Shown here in pieces: positions 59,898 through 64,000 of a DNA stretch of 64,000 bases. Made by a program: the position numbers and the translations under genes. How positions within the stretch are numbered: the stretch's first letter is position 1; the number at the start of each line of letters is the position of its first letter. A model generated the notes under the pieces. That model saw only the letters and a list, made by a program, of their open reading frames with translations. It was not told the DNA's origin and made no database searches. The stretch comes from a bacterium (lineage in GTDB: Bacteria; J088), in the NCBI GenBank assembly GCA_041623475.1, contig JBFJWU010000001.1, forward strand, positions 1,781-65,780. The letters run 5' to 3'.

Positions 59898-60599
59898 TCA
59901 ACCCGGTTTTAGCCAGTCCTGCTGGACACGCAGAAAAGTCAGGTAGTCCCGCATTCGCCCCATTTGCGCGATGCGGATTCCCTGGTCGTCGATCGCAATA
60001 AAACCGGCCGTTCGCATCCGTGACAGGACACCTCGACACAGCAACGGGTCTGTTCCGCTTTCGACCATCAACCGCTGCACATCACTGATGTACGGCGGTG
60101 ATTCATCAGATTCTTCGGCCAGCGCCAGGATTGCGTCGATGACCTGGATCATCGGATCGCCGTCCAGTAGACGTTCGACCAGGCGGTCCGTGTCGCGCAG
60201 TCGCTCGGCCATGGTGCGGATCACCCTGCGAGCGACGTCAGGGTGGCTGGCCAGGAAATCGTTCAGGATCCGTCCATCAATTTCAATCAGGACACAGTCG
60301 GTCAATGTTTCTGCCCGGGCAGTGCGAGGCTCCTGGTTCAGGACCGCCATCTCGCCGAAAAACGAACCGGCCTCCAGGACAGCCAGAGGTTGTTCGCGAG
60401 CCTGGGAAATTTTGATAATCCGGACCCGTCCTTCCTGGATGAAAAACATCGTGTCGCCGGGCTCGCCCTGGTCGCAAACGATTTCGCCCTTCTTGAAGCG
60501 TCGCAGGTACTTCTGCAGGTCCTGAAAACCGGCGAGGGTTTGCTCGCCAACCGCAGGTACGGTTTCGTCCTGACCGTCGATGTCGGTATCGTTTTCCAT
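59898..60599 (-). CDS. Crp/Fnr-like cyclic-nucleotide-binding domain protein (233 aa), possibly a transcription regulator
   Basis: cNMP-binding fold: FKKGEIVCDQGEPGDTMFFIQEGRVRI....FFGEMAVLNQEPRTARAE. The C-terminal ~80 aa may be a winged helix. Trimmed from the 323-aa track ORF to ATG 60599. Confidence 0.75.
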   Translation of the reverse strand: MENDTDIDGQDETVPAVGEQTLAGFQDLQKYLRRFKKGEIVCDQGEPGDTMFFIQEGRVRIIKISQAREQPLAVLEAGSFFGEMAVLNQEPRTARAETLTDCVLIEIDGRILNDFLASHPDVARRVIRTMAERLRDTDRLVERLLDGDPMIQVIDAILALAEESDESPPYISDVQRLMVESGTDPLLCRGVLSRMRTAGFIAIDDQGIRIAQMGRMRDYLTFLRVQQDWLKPG

Positions 60600-60709
60600 G
60601 GGAAATGCAGGATAGCGGACTCCAACATGAATTACAAAATGAACTAAGCTGTTGATTTGCAACAGCGTTGGCGGCCAGGGCTGGGCATTGCGCGGGAGTA
60701 GAATTAGGG

Positions 60710-61606
60710 ATGGCGACAGACTCGAATATTCCGCAATTGCACCGCCGGGCTTTGCTTGCCGGGACATCGCTGCTGCTAACGCCGCGGACAATATTTGCCG
60801 GGCTGGCCATTGATGACCTGAACCCATTTGGTCATCCCGACCAGGGCTACCACGCGATTCGGTCGTCATTCAATACGCCTGCAGATATTGAACGGGCGGC
60901 CCGGACAGCCTGGGACCAGTTCGCAGCAACATCTGATTTCCAATACGGGCACTGGGGGCTGCTGTATACCTATCTGTGGTGGCAATCTCTGCCGGTTGGA
61001 CAGCCGCGGATCAAGACCGCAATTATTGGCCGGAAGATGGCGGACAAGCTGGCCGCATTCAGACCGGATCATCCGGCCGGGCACATGTGGGGCGCGAACT
61101 TTTTCGGCTTCGAAGCCCTGTCCCGGGGCATTTTAAATTCCCTGCAGATGGTGCCCGAGTTGTTGCGTCGCCTGGACCGAGCCGAACAGGTTGACCCGAC
61201 CTACCTGGACGGCCTTGTTTACCTGGCGCGCGCAAAGCTGTATATCAAACTTCCCGGCTTCCCGATGAGCGTTGGCTCTTTGGACAAGGGATACAAATAT
61301 CTCGAGCAAGCCCGCTCAATGCAGGAATCGCGGTACGCACTATGGTACGTGGTCCTGGCAGAAGCGGAGTTTGAGCGGCGCGGCCGCGACGCTGCACTGG
61401 CTGCGTTGGACGGTATCGACAATGTCTGTCCGTATGACCGCCAAACCCGTTATACATATGAGTTGTCGAAATACCTGGCTGGCAAGTTCGTTGCCGCGAT
61501 CCAGGACGGTTCATACGACCGGTACACGTGGGACCCGCTGCTGGAACCGGTCCTTGAATTACAGCAAAGGGAATTCGTGCCCGGACAGTTGTGCCCCGCC
61601 GAATGA
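60710..61606 (+). CDS. Hypothetical Tat-exported protein
   Basis: Twin-arginine signal HRRALLAGTSLLL. ~300 aa, Trp/Tyr-rich helical protein with no motif I recognise. Confidence 0.6.
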   Translation: MATDSNIPQLHRRALLAGTSLLLTPRTIFAGLAIDDLNPFGHPDQGYHAIRSSFNTPADIERAARTAWDQFAATSDFQYGHWGLLYTYLWWQSLPVGQPRIKTAIIGRKMADKLAAFRPDHPAGHMWGANFFGFEALSRGILNSLQMVPELLRRLDRAEQVDPTYLDGLVYLARAKLYIKLPGFPMSVGSLDKGYKYLEQARSMQESRYALWYVVLAEAEFERRGRDAALAALDGIDNVCPYDRQTRYTYELSKYLAGKFVAAIQDGSYDRYTWDPLLEPVLELQQREFVPGQLCPAE

Positions 61607-61702
61607 ACCGGCCATGCCGTAATGCGTCAGGCGTATTTTGGCGCAGTGCGTCATGTGTGGTATACTGAATACAGTTCAGGGGATAACCATAGGAGGAATG
61701 CC

Positions 61703-61972
61703 ATGCGCTATCCGCAGACGCCGATGCATCCGGGTCGAATCCTGCTCTGTGAATTCCTGCAGCCAATGGGCTGCTCCAGGAATGAGCTGGCGACCGAACT
61801 GGGCTGGCCGCTCGAACGGCTGGAACAGTTTCTTGGTGGACAAATATCGGTTGACCTGGATATAGCGGCGGATCTGGCCCGCACGCTCGGCACCGGCTCG
61901 CGACTGTGGCTGCAGTTGCAGGCGATGTACAGCGCCGACCAGTACGACCGCCGTCAACGGCTGGCTGCTTGA
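61703..61972 (+). CDS. higA: HigA-family antitoxin-like XRE HTH protein (89 aa). No toxin partner gene is present.
   Basis: MRYPQTPMHPGRILLCEFLQPMGCSRNELATELGWPLERLEQFLGGQISVDLDIAADLARTLGTGSRLWLQLQAMY matches the HigA/VapI-type pattern (HPGEIL...EFL.P.G.S...LA..LG.......I..G.R.I..D.A.RLA..FGTS...WL.LQ). AGGAGG SD 6 nt upstream. Confidence 0.8.
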   Translation: MRYPQTPMHPGRILLCEFLQPMGCSRNELATELGWPLERLEQFLGGQISVDLDIAADLARTLGTGSRLWLQLQAMYSADQYDRRQRLAA

Positions 61973-62889
61973 CCTGACTGCGGGTCAGGCGGTGGCGATT
62001 TCCACCGCCGATGCAACCAGACCCATTGTTCGGGTGCCTGCTCGATTTTGAGTTGCAGGGCAGCCGACAGGATAGTTGTCGCCTGGATCGGATCGTCTGG
62101 TAACGGATCGACTCGCGCTAGCGTCAGGCGGTGCCGATACGGGCCAATCCGTTGCGCGCCACCGACGAACACGGCTGTACCGCGCCGTGCAAGCCGCGCG
62201 GCCGCATCCGGTGTTTTTGCCATTCGACCAAAGAATGGAACCCAGACGCTGGGCACTCCGGTGTCCTGGTCAATCAGCAGGCCAACAACGCGATTACCGC
62301 GCAGCGCGCGCAACATCGTTTTGACGGCATTGGGTTCGTCCCTGGTCAATGTTTCGATTCCGTACCGAAGTCTCCAGTGACGCATCCAGCTGTCAAACCG
62401 GTCGTCAAAAAGTCGTCGCGCAACAACGGTCAGGGGTATCCCCCGGCGACCAACTTCGGCAGCCAGGATTTCCCAATTTCCGATATGACCAGTGACAACA
62501 ATGACCCCCGAGCCTGTACTCAGGGCCGCCTGCAGTTCCTCCAGGCCTTCGATTTCGCACCGACCCGCCACCAGAACCCGTTCCGGAAACAGCAACTCGA
62601 CCGCTGATTCGCCCAGATGCGCGAACATTTGCCTGCGAATTCTGTGTCGTTCCGCTGGGGTCAGGGACGGGAATGCCTGCTTCAGGTTTTCGTCGACAAT
62701 CCGTCGTTCAAATGGCAACACAACCCCGGCGAAACGCCCGATCAATCGGCCGGCCCGGCGCCCGATCCCGGGACCGACCAACCGGAATATACCGTGCAGT
62801 AACTTGAAGCCATAGAAGATACCAGCCCGTAGCGGCCCCTGAAGTCGTTTCCTCAGTCGGCGCCCGGGTGTTGCGTCGCCGCCAGCCAC
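61954..62889 (-). CDS. lpxL: Lipid A biosynthesis lauroyl/myristoyl acyltransferase (LpxL/HtrB family)
   Basis: Family-typical HX4D-containing region (VVTGHIGNWEILAAE), overall length, and Arg-rich N-terminus. Confidence 0.8.
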   Translation of the reverse strand: MAGGDATPGRRLRKRLQGPLRAGIFYGFKLLHGIFRLVGPGIGRRAGRLIGRFAGVVLPFERRIVDENLKQAFPSLTPAERHRIRRQMFAHLGESAVELLFPERVLVAGRCEIEGLEELQAALSTGSGVIVVTGHIGNWEILAAEVGRRGIPLTVVARRLFDDRFDSWMRHWRLRYGIETLTRDEPNAVKTMLRALRGNRVVGLLIDQDTGVPSVWVPFFGRMAKTPDAAARLARRGTAVFVGGAQRIGPYRHRLTLARVDPLPDDPIQATTILSAALQLKIEQAPEQWVWLHRRWKSPPPDPQSGQAASR

Positions 62890-62890
62890 A

Positions 62891-63859
62891 TTACCCCGCG
62901 CGCGATTTCAGCAAATCATGCAGGTGGATTGCACCAATCGGCGTGCGATCAGTGTCAACGACAAACAGGCACGTAATTTCAAACCGTTCCATCGTTGCCA
63001 GGGCGGAAACCGTCAGGGTGTCCGGGGCAATGGTCTTTGGGGAACCGGTCATAACCTGGGCAGCGGTTTTGGACAGCACATCCGGATCTTTTTCCAATGC
63101 CCGCCGCAAGTCACCGTCAGAAATGATACCAACCAGCTGATTGTCATTATCGAGGATTCCGGCGATCCCCAGACGTTTGCTGGTCATTTCGACCAGGACG
63201 TCCTGCATCGGTGCGTCCATATGAACAGCCGGAATATCATCACCCTGGTGCATGACTTCGCGGACCCGGCGCAGGCGTCGGCCCAATGCGCCGCCGGGAT
63301 GCAAGTGACCAAATTCTTCTTCGGTAAAACCGCTTTCTTCCAACAGGACAACAGCAAGTGCGTCGCCAAGCGCCAGTGCGGCCGTTGTGCTGGCCGTGGG
63401 CGCCAGCCCCATCGGGCAGGCCTCGCGCGGAACGGAAATGTCCAGGACGGTGTCAGCAATGGAACCCAGCGGGCTGTCCAGGTTCGCCGTCAGGCCGATG
63501 ATTGAAACGCCGATACGTTTGAGCGCTTCAAGCACGTCAATAATCTCGCTGCTGCTGCCGGAATTGGAAATAACAATGGCCGCATCACCCTGTTGGACGA
63601 TTCCCAGGTCACCGTGGAGGCCTTCGGCTGGATGCATGAATACTGCCGGATTTCCAGTCGAAGTCAATGTCGCCGCCAGTTTTCGCCCGACGATACCACT
63701 CTTGCCCATTCCAATTACGACAATTTTTCCGGTGCGGGCCAGAAGCCGGTCGACGGCCTCTACAAATGCGCCCGACAGCCGGTCATACACCTGGCGAACG
63801 CCGTCAATTTCGATTTCCAGCACGCTGCGTGCCAGGTCCAGCCTGCGATCATTGTTCAC
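62891..63859 (-). CDS. kdsD: Arabinose-5-phosphate isomerase KdsD (SIS + tandem CBS)
   Basis: SIS domain GKIVVIGMGKSGIVGRKLAATL...VISNSGSSSE. Two C-terminal CBS domains. GTG start overlaps the upstream gene's stop (GTGA). Confidence 0.9.
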   Translation of the reverse strand: MNNDRRLDLARSVLEIEIDGVRQVYDRLSGAFVEAVDRLLARTGKIVVIGMGKSGIVGRKLAATLTSTGNPAVFMHPAEGLHGDLGIVQQGDAAIVISNSGSSSEIIDVLEALKRIGVSIIGLTANLDSPLGSIADTVLDISVPREACPMGLAPTASTTAALALGDALAVVLLEESGFTEEEFGHLHPGGALGRRLRRVREVMHQGDDIPAVHMDAPMQDVLVEMTSKRLGIAGILDNDNQLVGIISDGDLRRALEKDPDVLSKTAAQVMTGSPKTIAPDTLTVSALATMERFEITCLFVVDTDRTPIGAIHLHDLLKSRAG

Positions 63860-64000
63860 GTAACAACCACCTGGGGCGAAGGGACCGCATCGGGGTTACG
63901 AAGGTATAGCGGTGCCAGCTCATCTGCCCGAATGGGTGTGGCAACAGCAACGGCCCGCGCCAGCGTTTCCAGGTTCGACGATGTTGGTTCCGTGGTTTTC
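63856..64000 (-). CDS. Partial CDS (3' end only): unidentified protein ending ...LETLARAVAVATPIRADELAPLYLRNPDAVPSPQVVVT
   Basis: Open minus-strand frame running off the window edge. Stop overlaps the kdsD start. Confidence 0.4.
   Translation of the reverse strand, partial: KTTEPTSSNLETLARAVAVATPIRADELAPLYLRNPDAVPSPQVVVT

Noticed and set aside
61607-61702. Searched for a HigB/RelE-like toxin ORF next to the HigA-like gene
   Set aside because: The leader is only 95 nt. The only overlapping ORF (61638..61865) is out of frame, Cys/Arg-rich, and overlaps higA itself.

Overview
This window is a gene-dense, high-GC stretch of a proteobacterial chromosome, probably gammaproteobacterial, with about 70 genes. 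I found no rRNA, tRNA, CRISPR array, transposase or integrase.

Contents in order:
- 1-11.2 kb: a very dense signal-transduction island. It has three histidine kinases, six or seven receiver proteins, a stand-alone Hpt protein, a REC-REC-GGDEF protein, a REC-adenylate/guanylate cyclase, a REC protein with an unknown output domain, and an NtrC-type sigma-54 activator. Six of the genes overlap at start/stop codons on the minus strand (236-5523).
- 11.3-13.5 kb: pilT with an unusual Gly/Asp-rich tail, sharing an ATGA start/stop overlap with recA upstream of it.
- 13.7-22.4 kb: an NAD-dependent epimerase/dehydratase-family (SDR) gene, a ~500-nt noncoding purine-rich region containing a perfect 13-bp hairpin, a CysQ/inositol-monophosphatase-family (IMPase) gene, an outer-membrane beta-barrel gene interrupted by an in-frame TAG, a bile acid:sodium symporter (BASS) transporter, a periplasmic-sensor GGDEF, a cupin lipoprotein, and groES-groEL with a textbook sigma-70 promoter plus CIRCE operator.
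- 23.4-32.7 kb: a glycan-biosynthesis locus with four GT4 glycosyltransferases, an AsnB-like amidotransferase, a NodU/CmcH-type carbamoyltransferase, and a WecA-like initiating transferase.
- 32.7-64 kb: small Cys-rich lipoproteins, argH, gyrB, a CheY-like regulator, lipB-lipA, a thiol peroxidase fused to a histone-H1-like Lys/Ala-repeat tail, an SPFH protein, an OMP/Tat-Rieske/di-haem peroxidase-like cluster, mscS, gloB, a UbiK-like gene, aroK-hisD-hisG-murA, prmC-prfA, rpmE, a Nudix gene, two REC-GGDEF genes, plsY, a TPR-cNMP-binding protein, a Crp-like cNMP-binding protein, an orphan HigA-like XRE regulator, and lpxL-kdsD.

The candidates I rate most interesting are the alternating RR/HK operon and the surrounding second-messenger network (four GGDEF proteins and one nucleotidyl cyclase-family gene, no EAL or HD-GYP), the Tpx-H1 fusion, the amber-interrupted OMP, the noncoding region at 14.66-15.16 kb, and the carbamoyl/amido-glycan locus.
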